From the NCBI GenBank assembly GCA_963717505.1, contig OY970342.1:2560001-2624000 (forward strand): 64,000 nucleotides of DNA, in the 5' to 3' direction. The notes under the pieces are model-generated. The model had not been told where the DNA came from. It ran no database searches and saw nothing but the letters and a program-made list of their open reading frames with translations. Source of the stretch: Candidatus Eiseniibacteriota bacterium (GTDB taxonomy: Bacteria > Eisenbacteria > RBG-16-71-46). Made by a program: the position numbers and the translations under genes. Below, in pieces: positions 9,592 to 19,133 of this stretch. Position 1 is the stretch's first letter, and the number at the start of each line of letters is the position of its first letter.

Positions 9592-11222
9592 ATGCGCGAC
9601 ACCGGGCGCCCCCGGCGCTGGAGCACCTCGAGATCTCCCGCGGCCTGGGCCCGAATCAGCGCGGCGAAGCCGTGTGCCTCGTCGGGAATCGCGACGTCGG
9701 GATCTTCGTCGGCGGTGATCAACAGGAAGCGTCCGATCGGGGGGCCGCCCTTGTGCAGCTGTCCAGTGGAATGGAGGTAACGGGGACCGTAGCCGAGCGT
9801 CGTCGCCAGGCGAGTGGCGTCGCGCAGCCGGTGGCGGATGGTCTGCAACTGCTCGTGCACCTCGGGCGTTCGGTGAAGGAAGGCGAGGATGGCGATGTAT
9901 TCACCCGGATGGGCCGGTCGCAGGAGTGGATCGAGTGCCGTCACGGTGTCGTCCGAAACATCGGGCTGCCGCGAATGGGACGGGTTCATGGCGGCGCTCG
10001 AATCAGACGGAGGGGGAAGCGACATCCGGCCGAGCACCGTGCGCGTCGCCGCCTTGGCCTCGGCGACGTTGGGTTCGTCGAACGGATTCACGTCGAGCAC
10101 TGCAGCCGCGGTGACCGTGGCGATTTGCCAGCGAAGGAACTCGGCGCCGATTGCCGCCGGCCCGCGATTGTGCCAGCGCAGCACGGGATGGCCCGCGGCC
10201 GCCAGCGCGTCGAGCGCCGGTCCCTGGTTGGCCGACCACGGTACTGCGGAGAACGACACGAATACGCGGTCGTCGCCGTAGACTTCCGGCGGACCGAGGC
10301 GCTCCTCGACCACCGGCAGGATGCCGCGGCCCTGCTTGCCGGTGCTCTCGGCGACGAGCTGCTCGATCCAGTCCCCGAGGGCCTCGATCTCGGGGTCGAG
10401 GATCAGAGTCAACTTGTCGCGGCCTCGGCGCGCGAGCTCGCCGAGGGCGGCGCCGAGCGTGAATCCGTCCGGTACCGAGCGGTCGCCGGGCTCGCCGCGC
10501 GCAGCGTCCTCCTCGGCGCGCACATGATCGAGCAGCGCCATGAGATCGACTCCGAGCAGCGCCGCCGGCACCAGGCCGAAGTAGGAGAGAGCCGAGTAGC
10601 GCCCGCCAATGTCTGCCGAGTTCCGGAACACTCGCCGATATCCACGGTCGGCGGCCAGGCGCTCGAGCGGGGTGTCCGGATCGGTGATCGCGACGAACCC
10701 GCGGCCTGCTCGGCCTGCGAGCGTCGCCTGCGCTCGAGCCCAGAAGTGTCGTTCGAACGAAGTGACTTCGATCGTGGTTCCCGACTTGGAGCCGACCACG
10801 AATAGCGTGTCGGCGGGGTTCGCCTCCGCGGTTACGTCGCGTACCGCGGCCGGCGAGGTGCTGTCGAGCACGATCAACTCGAGCCCGCCCGGCCGACGTG
10901 CGAACGTGCGCGCGAGCACCTCGGGCGCGAGGCTCGATCCGCCCATGCCGAGGAGCACCACGCGCCGGTAACCGTCACGGCGTACTTCGGCGGCGAAGCC
11001 GGCCAGCTCGGACGCGGCCTCGCGCATCGCTGCAGGCGATGACAGCCAGCCGAGCCTCCGGCGCACGACCGCCTGGGTATCGGAATCGGCGCCCCACAGC
11101 GTCGGGTCGCGTTGCCACAGCCGATCCGCGAAGCGCGCCGCCTGCAGGGCTTCGAGGCGTGCCCTCACCGCGTCGGCGGCATCCCCGAGCGAGAACGAAT
11201 CCGGGAGCAGCGAGGCGGCCAC
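9519..11222 (-). CDS. pgi: Glucose-6-phosphate isomerase (type usually found with or fused to transaldolase)
   Basis: LGMGGSSLAP, SKSGTTIE, IGGRYSALS, EQLVAESTGK, NPFDEPNV, HSTGQLHKGG. Confidence 0.88.
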   Translation of the reverse strand: MAASLLPDSFSLGDAADAVRARLEALQAARFADRLWQRDPTLWGADSDTQAVVRRRLGWLSSPAAMREAASELAGFAAEVRRDGYRRVVLLGMGGSSLAPEVLARTFARRPGGLELIVLDSTSPAAVRDVTAEANPADTLFVVGSKSGTTIEVTSFERHFWARAQATLAGRAGRGFVAITDPDTPLERLAADRGYRRVFRNSADIGGRYSALSYFGLVPAALLGVDLMALLDHVRAEEDAARGEPGDRSVPDGFTLGAALGELARRGRDKLTLILDPEIEALGDWIEQLVAESTGKQGRGILPVVEERLGPPEVYGDDRVFVSFSAVPWSANQGPALDALAAAGHPVLRWHNRGPAAIGAEFLRWQIATVTAAAVLDVNPFDEPNVAEAKAATRTVLGRMSLPPPSDSSAAMNPSHSRQPDVSDDTVTALDPLLRPAHPGEYIAILAFLHRTPEVHEQLQTIRHRLRDATRLATTLGYGPRYLHSTGQLHKGGPPIGRFLLITADEDPDVAIPDEAHGFAALIRAQAAGDLEVLQRRGRPVSRIHLGSDPLDEIRRFAGERVLGDLK

Positions 11223-11242
11223 TTGAGAAGGGCTCCGTGCCG

Positions 11243-12376
11243 CTAGCGGCCGGCCAGCTCTTTGCGCCGGGCTTCGAGGGCTTCAAGCAGCAGGTCGTAC
11301 GACTGGGCGAACGCGGCCACGCCTTCGGTTTCGAGTTCGTCGATCAATGCGTCGAGCGGAACGCCGAGCGCCGGCAAGCGGGCGAAGATCGCGCGCGCGA
11401 CTTCGAGGTCGCGTTCGATGGTGAGCTCGACCGTGCCGTGATCGTTGAACGCTGCCAGCGTCTGCGGCGGCATGGTGTTCACCGTGTCGCGTCCGATCAA
11501 CTCGTCGACATAGAGCGTGTCGGGGTACGCGGGATTCTTGGTGCTGGTCGAGGCCCACAACGGGCGTTGCACGCGTGCGCCGCGAGTACGCAGTGCCGCG
11601 AAGCGCGTGCTGGAGAACGCCTTGCGAAAACGCTCGTAGGCCAGGCGGGCGTTGGCGATCGCGGCGTGCCCGCGGAACGAATCCAGCTCGTCGCGCCGCT
11701 CCCCGGCGGGCATCTCGGCGACCGCGGCCTCGATCGCGGCATCGACCTTGGTATCGACGCGCGACACGAAGAACGACGCGACCGAGACCACCGGTTCGAG
11801 CGGCTTCTGCGTCGACGCCAGCCGCTCGAGCCCCTTGAAGTACGCATTCAGCACCTGCCCGTATCGCGCAAGCGAGAAGATGAGCGTGACGTTGACGCAG
11901 ATGCCGGCGCCGGTCAGCGTGGCGATCGCGGGAATGCCTTCTGCAGTCGCCGGCACCTTGATCATCACGTTGGGCCGGTTGACCAGCCGGTGCAGACGGA
12001 TGCCCTCGTCGGTGGTCGCGCGCGTGTCGTGCGCGAAGCGCGGACTGACCTCGATGCTCACCCGGCCATCGAGTCCGCCGGTCGTGTCGAACACCTTGCG
12101 CAGGTGATCGCACGCGAGCTGGATGTCCTCGATGGTCAGTACATCGAACAACTCGTGGGAACCGAGTCCGCCCTGCACGCCCCGTTCGAGGGCCGCGTCG
12201 TAGTCCGAACTCCCGGTGATCGCCTGGTGGAAGATGGTCGGATTCGAGGTCACGCCGACCACCCCCGACTCCCGGACCATGCGGTCGAACTCGCCCGATG
12301 CGAGGTGGCCGCGCCGGATGAAGTCGAGCCACACGCTCTGGCCGAGGGTTCTCAGTTGTCCGGCACGACTCTGCAT
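11243..12376 (-). CDS. tal: Transaldolase
   Basis: GQSVWLD, GVTSNPTIF, VMIKVPAT (Schiff-base Lys), SFFVSRVD, QRPLWASTSTK. Confidence 0.93.
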   Translation of the reverse strand: MQSRAGQLRTLGQSVWLDFIRRGHLASGEFDRMVRESGVVGVTSNPTIFHQAITGSSDYDAALERGVQGGLGSHELFDVLTIEDIQLACDHLRKVFDTTGGLDGRVSIEVSPRFAHDTRATTDEGIRLHRLVNRPNVMIKVPATAEGIPAIATLTGAGICVNVTLIFSLARYGQVLNAYFKGLERLASTQKPLEPVVSVASFFVSRVDTKVDAAIEAAVAEMPAGERRDELDSFRGHAAIANARLAYERFRKAFSSTRFAALRTRGARVQRPLWASTSTKNPAYPDTLYVDELIGRDTVNTMPPQTLAAFNDHGTVELTIERDLEVARAIFARLPALGVPLDALIDELETEGVAAFAQSYDLLLEALEARRKELAGR

Positions 12377-12392
12377 CGAGATCTCCTTGCGT

Positions 12393-12944
12393 TTACTTGG
12401 CGCGCGCCGTGGCGATCCAGACCATGCGGCCCTCGGGATCCCGCATCCACGCGGCCCGATGCCCCCAGGGCATGTCCGACGGCGGCTGCTCGAAGCTCAC
12501 GCCCTGGGCGACCAGTCGCGCATGCGCCGCGTCGACGTCGGCGACCAGGAAGTAGAGGGCCGGCTCGCGCGGCGGCCGCCATTGTTCGGGCGGGCCCGGC
12601 GCCGGCGCCATGAAGCCGAGCGTCGAAGTCTTCGACAGGTGCACGGTCAAGTACTCGTGGCCGGAATCGTACGTGCTCGCGAAGCCCAGCGTTTCGGCGT
12701 AGAAGCGACGCACGGCTTCGAGGTCGTGGGTCGTGTAGTCGAGATGCGGGAGCGCCGAGCCGAGACCGCGGACGGCCGCAGTGGCGTGGCGCGCCGTCGT
12801 GCGCGCCGAGCGCTTGCGAGGGGATCGGGTGACGCTCGGCGATCGGCCGCGTCCGGTTCGAGCGGCTCGCGGGCGCGACGCGCTGCGTTTGGTGCGAACC
12901 ACACGTTTGCGGCGCGTCGGCTTGGATTTCCTGCGGGCCGCCAT
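12393..12944 (-). CDS. VOC/glyoxalase family protein with Arg-rich N-terminal tail
   Basis: MAARRKSKPTRRKR... tail, then DLEAVRRFYAETLGF...DMPWGHRAAWMRDPEG. Confidence 0.8.
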   Translation of the reverse strand: MAARRKSKPTRRKRVVRTKRSASRPRAARTGRGRSPSVTRSPRKRSARTTARHATAAVRGLGSALPHLDYTTHDLEAVRRFYAETLGFASTYDSGHEYLTVHLSKTSTLGFMAPAPGPPEQWRPPREPALYFLVADVDAAHARLVAQGVSFEQPPSDMPWGHRAAWMRDPEGRMVWIATARAK

Positions 12945-13011
12945 CTGGGATTCCCCGATTCCGTCAATAGAGAAGTGGACGACCGCAGAATGCACGTTCA
13001 ACGCGCCGGGT

Positions 13012-15099
13012 TCAACGTCCTCGCAGGTGACCGGTGATACGGGCAACCACCTGGTCGGGCGTGAATCCGAAGTGCTCCTGCAATTCGGCGAGCGGCGCCG
13101 ACGCCCCGAACGTGTCGATCCCGATCGCGAGGCCGCGCTCGCCGACGAAACGTCGCCAGTAGTCGGTCAGCCCCGCCTCAATAGACACGGTGGCGGCGCC
13201 CGGTGGCAGGACGGAATCGCGGTAGGCGGCGTCCTGTTCGAGGAATCTCTGGGGCGCCGGGAGACTCGCCACGCAGACGCTCGAGCCGTCGGCTTCGAGG
13301 CGCGTCGCGGCCTCGAGTGCCACCCATAGCTCGGATCCGGTCGCGATCAGCGTCACCGACGGAGCGTGGCCGGGGAGTTTCGCGGCCTCGCGCACCAGGT
13401 AACCGCCACGGCGAATCACGGCCGGATCGAAATCGGGGGCCCGCGCGATCGCCGGCAGGCTCTGCCGGGTCAGCGCCAGCAGCGTCGGACCGTCGCGCCG
13501 CTCGAGCGCCATGGCCCAGGCGGCCGCGGTCTCGAGCCCGTCCGCCGGCCGGATCACCAGCAGGTTCGGGATCGCGCGCAGCGTCGTCAGGTGCTCGATT
13601 GGCTGGTGCGTCGGGCCGTCCTCGCCGAGGAACACGCTGTCGTGCGTGAACACCCAGATCGTCTGCTGGCGCATCAGCGCCGACAGCCGGATCGCCGGCC
13701 GAGCGTAGTCGGTGAACACCAGGAACGAAGCAGCGTAGGGAATGAAGGCGCCGGAGAGCGCGAGCCCGTTGACGATGGCGCCCATCGCGTGCTCGCGCAC
13801 GCCGAAATGGAAATTGCGTCCATCGTAGGCGCCGCGCTGGACCGACCCCGAGTTCTGGATGCGTGTCTTGGTCGAAGGCTCGAGGTCGGCGCTGCCGCCG
13901 ACCAGCGCCGGGACGCATGCGGCCGCCTGTTGCAGGATCTGGCCGCCGTGAGCGCGCGTGGCTCCGGCGCCGGTGGGAGCGGTCGCGACCAGGCGGGTGA
14001 ACACGTCCGCGGGAACGCGCCGTTCCACCAAGGCGTCCCAGGCCGCTGCCCGCTGCGGATGCTGGACGCGCCAATCCTGCATGCGCGCCCGCCAGGCATC
14101 GTACTCGGGTCGCAACTCGTCGGCTCGGCGTGCGAATCGGGCACGCACCTCGTCGGGGACGAAGAACGCGGGCGACTCCGGCCAGCCGAGGGCGCGTTTG
14201 GCGGCCGCGGCTTCCTCGGGGCCGAGCGGTTCGCCGTGCGCGTGCGCCGTGTCTTGTTTCTTGGGCGCGCCGTAACCGATGTGGCTCCGGGTGATCACCA
14301 GACTCGGGTGGTCGCGATCGGCGATCGCTCGCTCGATCGCGCCGGCGACGGCTTCGTGGTCCTCGGCGGCGACCCTCTGCACCTGCCAGCCATAGGCCTC
14401 GAACCTGCGCCCGGCGTCCTCGGTGAACGTCAGGTCGGTGGCGCCCTCGATCGAGATCCGGTTGTCGTCGTAGAGGTAGATGAGATTGCCGAGGCCCCAG
14501 TGTCCGGCCAGCGACGCCGCCTCCGAGGCCACGCCCTCCATGAGGTCGCCGTCGCTCACGATGCCGAACACCCGGTGGCGGATCGGCTCGAAGCCCGGTT
14601 CGTTCACGCGCGCGGCGAGCATGCGGGCCGCGAGCGCCATGCCGACGCCGTTTCCGAAACCCTGGCCGAGTGGTCCGGTGGTGGTCTCGACTCCGGGCGC
14701 CAATCCGTGTTCGGGGTGTCCCGGCGTGCGACTGCCCAGGCGGCGGAACTTCTGCAGCTCGCTCATCGGCAGGTCGTAGCCGGCGAGGTGGAGTACGGCG
14801 TAGAGCAGCATCGAGCCGTGACCCGCCGACAACACGAAACGATCGCGGTCGGGCCAGTCGGGATCCTGCGGTTGGTAGCGCAGGAACCGCGTCCACAGGA
14901 CGTAGGCGACGTCCGCCATCCCCATCGGCATTCCCGGATGACCGGACTTGGCCCGTTCGACCGCGTCGACGGCGAGGAACCGGATCGTGTTCACCGCGAG
15001 TTGATCGAGTGCCGCGGGGCTCAGCATGGCGGGAACGGAAGGGTTCACGGGACCTCCGGGCGGTTCGCGAGAAGGTGGCACGTCGGCTCGTGGATCCAA
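13012..15099 (-). CDS. tkt: Transketolase
   Basis: SGHPGMPMG, RDRFVLSAGH, SDGDLMEG...DDN TPP motif, FGVREHAMG, GEDGPTHQP. Confidence 0.95.
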   Translation of the reverse strand: MDPRADVPPSREPPGGPVNPSVPAMLSPAALDQLAVNTIRFLAVDAVERAKSGHPGMPMGMADVAYVLWTRFLRYQPQDPDWPDRDRFVLSAGHGSMLLYAVLHLAGYDLPMSELQKFRRLGSRTPGHPEHGLAPGVETTTGPLGQGFGNGVGMALAARMLAARVNEPGFEPIRHRVFGIVSDGDLMEGVASEAASLAGHWGLGNLIYLYDDNRISIEGATDLTFTEDAGRRFEAYGWQVQRVAAEDHEAVAGAIERAIADRDHPSLVITRSHIGYGAPKKQDTAHAHGEPLGPEEAAAAKRALGWPESPAFFVPDEVRARFARRADELRPEYDAWRARMQDWRVQHPQRAAAWDALVERRVPADVFTRLVATAPTGAGATRAHGGQILQQAAACVPALVGGSADLEPSTKTRIQNSGSVQRGAYDGRNFHFGVREHAMGAIVNGLALSGAFIPYAASFLVFTDYARPAIRLSALMRQQTIWVFTHDSVFLGEDGPTHQPIEHLTTLRAIPNLLVIRPADGLETAAAWAMALERRDGPTLLALTRQSLPAIARAPDFDPAVIRRGGYLVREAAKLPGHAPSVTLIATGSELWVALEAATRLEADGSSVCVASLPAPQRFLEQDAAYRDSVLPPGAATVSIEAGLTDYWRRFVGERGLAIGIDTFGASAPLAELQEHFGFTPDQVVARITGHLRGR

Positions 15100-15100
15100 T

Positions 15101-16075
15101 TCAGGAACGGGTGCGCGCGTATTCGCCGGCGCCCCACAACGCGGTTCGCGGCTCGAGGATCAGTGCCACCGGAATCGTCTCGAGGACCGGCTCGAGCCGT
15201 CCCTTGTCGCGGAACGTTCGGGCAAAACGGCCGTCGGCGAGAAACGGACGGATCCGGGGCGCGATCCCGCCGCCAATATAGACGCCTCCGGTGGCAAACG
15301 CCTTGAGGGCGAGATTGCCCGCCTCGGCGGCGCAACAATCGACGAACAACTCGATCGCCATTCGGGCGCGCGGGCAAATGCCGGCGACCGCGGCATCGGT
15401 CACGACCGCGGCCACGTCGGGGGCGGTTCGCAGCGTATCGGGGAAGCCCGCGGGCTCCTCGCCGCGATCGGTCTCGGTCAGGAACCGGTAGAGATCGGCG
15501 ATCCCGGGCCCGGACAGGACGCGCTCGTAGCTGACGTGTCCGTAGCGCGCGCGCAGCCAGAGCAGCAGCTCGTCCTCGAGCGGCGAGCGCGGGGCGAAAT
15601 CGACGTGTCCGCCTTCAGAGGCGTGACCCGCCCACTGGCCGTCGGCCTGAATCATCATCGCCTCGCCCAGGCCGGTCCCGGGCGCGATCAGCGCGCGCGC
15701 GCCTCCGTCACCAATGCCCGGTTTGATCGGGAGCAAGTCGTCGTCGTCGAGCACCGGCAGCCCCCAGCCGGTCGCAGCGAGGTCGTTGAGCAGCGTCACC
15801 GGCCGATCGAGACGGCGCCCGAGGGCATCGCCGTCGACGGTCCACGGCAGATTGGTGGTCTCGCACCGATTGTCGCGCACCGGACCCGCGATGCCGAGCA
15901 CCATGCGGGTGGGCCGATCGCTGGCCGAGGCCAGGAAGTCATCGATCAGGGCGTCGAGGGTCGAGAATTCGCGGGTCGCCCGCCGGCCTTCGAAGCGCGG
16001 ACGGCGTGGAGGATCCCCGCGCTCGAACAGCGCCAGATTGGCCTTGGTGCCGCCGATGTCGCCGGCGAGGATCAT
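15101..16075 (-). CDS. glk: Glucokinase
   Basis: LAGDIGGTK, IAGPV, LLNDL, PGTGLG, SEGGH, YERVLSGPG, GGGIAP. Confidence 0.92.
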   Translation of the reverse strand: MILAGDIGGTKANLALFERGDPPRRPRFEGRRATREFSTLDALIDDFLASASDRPTRMVLGIAGPVRDNRCETTNLPWTVDGDALGRRLDRPVTLLNDLAATGWGLPVLDDDDLLPIKPGIGDGGARALIAPGTGLGEAMMIQADGQWAGHASEGGHVDFAPRSPLEDELLLWLRARYGHVSYERVLSGPGIADLYRFLTETDRGEEPAGFPDTLRTAPDVAAVVTDAAVAGICPRARMAIELFVDCCAAEAGNLALKAFATGGVYIGGGIAPRIRPFLADGRFARTFRDKGRLEPVLETIPVALILEPRTALWGAGEYARTRS

Positions 16076-16191
16076 GACGTCTCCTGCTCCGGGTCCCGGG
16101 TCACGTGCATCGAAGCGGTATCATGAACGCCTCCCAATCCCAACCGCGCTCGCCCTCCCGCACGCGGCCCCACTTTCCGGTTCGAGCAGCC

Positions 16192-17082
16192 ATGGCCGAC
16201 TTGACGTCGTCGATCGGAAACACACCCCTGGTGCCGGTGACCGGGCTCGAGATTTCCGAGCGTGTGCAGGTGTTCGGCAAAGCCGAGTGGCGAAATCCCG
16301 GCGGGTCGGTCAAGGACCGCGCGGCCTGGGCCATCGTGCGTGGTGCGGAGGATCAGGGCCTGCTGCCGGCGCGGACGCTGCTCGATGCCACGTCGGGCAA
16401 CACCGGCATCGCCTACGCGTGGATCGGTACTGCCCGTGGCTTCGCCGTGACCTTGTGCGTGCCGGCCAACGCCAGTCCGGCACGGCTCGAGCTCATGACG
16501 CTTCACGGGGCGAGCCTGATCCTGACCGACCGCATGGAGGGGACCGATGGCGCTCAGCGTGTCGCGCGCGCGATGGCCGCGGCCGAGCCCGAGCGCTTCT
16601 TCTACGCGGATCAGTACTCGAATCCAGCCAATGCGCGCGCGCACTACGAGACGACGGCCGCCGAAATCTGGGACCAGACGCGCCGCACGGTCACCCACGT
16701 GGTCGCCGGCATCGGCACGTCGGGAACATTGGTCGGCACCGCGTCGCGATTGCGCGAGCTGTCGCCGAGTGTGACCATGGTGGCGGTTCAGCCCGACTCG
16801 CCCTACCACGCGCTGGAGGGCCTCAAGCATTTGGAGACCGCCATGACGCCCGCCCTCTACGATCCCAGAGCCCACGACCGGATCGAGGTCGTGTCGAGCG
16901 AGGCGGCGATCGACATGGCGCGCCGGCAGGCCCTCCAGGGGCTGCCGATCGGCGCTTCGGCGGGAGCCGCACTGGTCGTGGCCGAGCGGGTCGCGCGCTC
17001 ACTGGACCGCGGCGTGATCGTGGCGATCCTTCCCGACGGCGCCGACCGCGACGTTGCGCCGGCGCGACCGGAGGGGCCGTGA
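16192..17082 (+). CDS. cysM: PLP-dependent cysteine synthase (CysM-type); alternative start 16123
   Basis: IGNTPL, NPGGSVKDR (PLP Lys), TSGNTG, GIGTSGT. Confidence 0.8.
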   Translation: MADLTSSIGNTPLVPVTGLEISERVQVFGKAEWRNPGGSVKDRAAWAIVRGAEDQGLLPARTLLDATSGNTGIAYAWIGTARGFAVTLCVPANASPARLELMTLHGASLILTDRMEGTDGAQRVARAMAAAEPERFFYADQYSNPANARAHYETTAAEIWDQTRRTVTHVVAGIGTSGTLVGTASRLRELSPSVTMVAVQPDSPYHALEGLKHLETAMTPALYDPRAHDRIEVVSSEAAIDMARRQALQGLPIGASAGAALVVAERVARSLDRGVIVAILPDGADRDVAPARPEGP

Positions 17083-17513
17083 GCCTCACGTTGCGCGCCC
17101 GCGCGAACGAGATCGTCCATTCGCACTTGTGTCGCAGCTATCCCGAGGAGGGCTGCGGCGTGCTCCTCGGGACCGACTCCGGCGGCATGCGCCTGGTCGA
17201 GCGGGCCGAGCCGGTGGCGAACCAGCGAACCGATTCGCGCGGAAACCGCTACCTGATCTCTCCCGAACACCTGTTGGGCGCCGAACGCGGAGCGCGTGAG
17301 AACGATTGGGACGTGCTGGGTTTCTTCCACTCGCATCCCGATCACCCGCCCGTGCCGTCGGCCTTCGATCTCGAGAACGCCTGGCCCTTCTACTCGTATT
17401 TGATCGTCAGCGTCGTGGCCGGCGCCGTGGTCGAATTGCGATCCTGGCGCCTGGCCGACGACCGCGGGGCCTTCGAGCCCGAAACCCTCGAGTTGTTGTC
17501 CGACGCGACCTAG
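17079..17513 (+). CDS. JAMM/MPN+ (M67) metalloprotease, Mec-like
   Basis: YPEEGCG...FFHSHPDHPPVPSAFD JAMM motif; GTGA overlap with cysM. Confidence 0.88.
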   Translation: MSLTLRARANEIVHSHLCRSYPEEGCGVLLGTDSGGMRLVERAEPVANQRTDSRGNRYLISPEHLLGAERGARENDWDVLGFFHSHPDHPPVPSAFDLENAWPFYSYLIVSVVAGAVVELRSWRLADDRGAFEPETLELLSDAT

Positions 17514-17570
17514 GACCGGCCGCTTTCGCCGCCGGCCCGGAGCGCGGCGGAAACGCGGAGACCACAGGAC

Positions 17571-19073
17571 ATGAGTCCGAACATTCGAATCCATCTGCCG
17601 ACGCCGCTGCGTGCGCATGCCGGCCAACAGGCCATCATCGAAATCGAAGCCGACACCGTCGGGAACGCCCTGCGCGAGCTGGCGCGCCGACACCCGGGGC
17701 TCGAGCGCCACCTCTACGATGGCGACGGCGCGCTCAGGCGCTACGTCAACGTGTATCGAAACCAAGAGGACATCCGCGGGCTCGGTCGCGAGGCCGCGAG
17801 TCTCAGCGCCGGGGACACGCTGTCGATCGTGCCCAGCATCGCCGGCGGGAGCGAGCCGTCGAAGCCCGGTGCCCGCGCGGCGAACCCCGGCCGGCCGAAG
17901 CTACCGCCGCCCGACTGGCAGACGGGCGCCGACGGACTGCCGGCGCTCTCGCAGGACGAACTCTTCCGCTACAGCCGGCACTTGATCCTGCCCGACGTCG
18001 GGCTCCAGGGGCAGCGCCGGCTCAAGGCGGCGAGCGTCCTGTGTGTCGGCGCCGGCGGTCTGGGTTCGCCGCTCAGCCTCTACCTGGCGGCGGCGGGAGT
18101 GGGGCGCATCGGACTGGTCGACGACGACCGTGTCGACGCCAGCAACCTGCAGCGCCAGATCCTCTACGGCACCTCGCAGGTCGGAGTCCCCAAGCTCGAA
18201 GCGGCGCGCGCGCGGCTGGCCGACCTGAACCCGGAAGTTCGCGTCGAAGTGCACCCGACCCGTTTGACCAGCGCCAACGCCATGGAGCTGCTCGCTCCTT
18301 ACGACGTCGTGGTCGACGGCACCGACAACTTCCCGACGCGATATCTGGTGAACGACGCGTGCACGCTGCTCGGCAAGCCGAACGTCTACGGCAGCATCTT
18401 CCGCTTCGAGGGTCAGGCGAGCGTGTTCGACGCGCGCAAGGGGCCATGCTACCGCTGCCTGTACCCGGATCCGCCGCCGCCCGGGCTCGTGCCCTCGTGC
18501 GCGGAGGGCGGCGTTCTGGGTGTGCTGCCCGGCGTGATCGGGGTCATTCAGGCGATCGAGACCCTCAAGCAGATCCTCGGGGCCGGCGAGTCGCTGGTCG
18601 GGCGCCTGTTGTTGTTCGACGCGCTGGCTCTGCGCTTTCGCGAGCTGACGCTGCGCAAGGATCCCGACTGCCCGCTGTGCGGCCGCCAGCCGACGATCAC
18701 CGCGCTCGTGGACTACGAAGCGTTCTGCGGACTCGACACCGTGCCCCGCGCCGACGGTTGGGAAATCGCAGCGACGGAGCTCCGCGACCGACTCGCGCGC
18801 GGCGACGACCTGCTGCTGGTCGACGTGCGCGAGCCCGACGAGTTCGCGATCGCGCGCATCGAAGGCGCCACCCTGATCCCGCTCAACACGATTCCCGAGC
18901 GCATGCACGAATTCGACTCGGGCCGCGAGATCGTGCTGCACTGCCACAAGGGCGTGCGCAGCCTGCGGGCGCTCGAGCTGCTGCGCCAGTCCGGGTTCCA
19001 GAAGCTGAAGAGCCTGCGTGGCGGAATCGAGGCGTGGTCGCAGGACGTGGATCCTGGGGTTCCGCGTTATTGA
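17571..19073 (+). CDS. MoaD/CysO-like ubiquitin-fold sulfur carrier fused to MoeB/MoeZ E1-like adenylyltransferase and rhodanese
   Basis: N-terminal beta-grasp domain ending IVPSIAGG (aa 92-93), linker, RYSRHL, GAGGLG, CYRC, SCAEGG, CPLC, rhodanese HCHKGVRS. Confidence 0.9.
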   Translation: MSPNIRIHLPTPLRAHAGQQAIIEIEADTVGNALRELARRHPGLERHLYDGDGALRRYVNVYRNQEDIRGLGREAASLSAGDTLSIVPSIAGGSEPSKPGARAANPGRPKLPPPDWQTGADGLPALSQDELFRYSRHLILPDVGLQGQRRLKAASVLCVGAGGLGSPLSLYLAAAGVGRIGLVDDDRVDASNLQRQILYGTSQVGVPKLEAARARLADLNPEVRVEVHPTRLTSANAMELLAPYDVVVDGTDNFPTRYLVNDACTLLGKPNVYGSIFRFEGQASVFDARKGPCYRCLYPDPPPPGLVPSCAEGGVLGVLPGVIGVIQAIETLKQILGAGESLVGRLLLFDALALRFRELTLRKDPDCPLCGRQPTITALVDYEAFCGLDTVPRADGWEIAATELRDRLARGDDLLLVDVREPDEFAIARIEGATLIPLNTIPERMHEFDSGREIVLHCHKGVRSLRALELLRQSGFQKLKSLRGGIEAWSQDVDPGVPRY

Positions 19074-19133
19074 CGTTCCAGTGACGCTTCCCGACTTGCG
19101 CGACGACTCCCGGGCGGCGAAACTTCCGCACCG

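Noticed and set aside
9519-12376. Frameshifted tal-pgi fusion
   Set aside because: tal ends cleanly and pgi has its own GGAG RBS and GTG start, so these are most likely two genuine genes.
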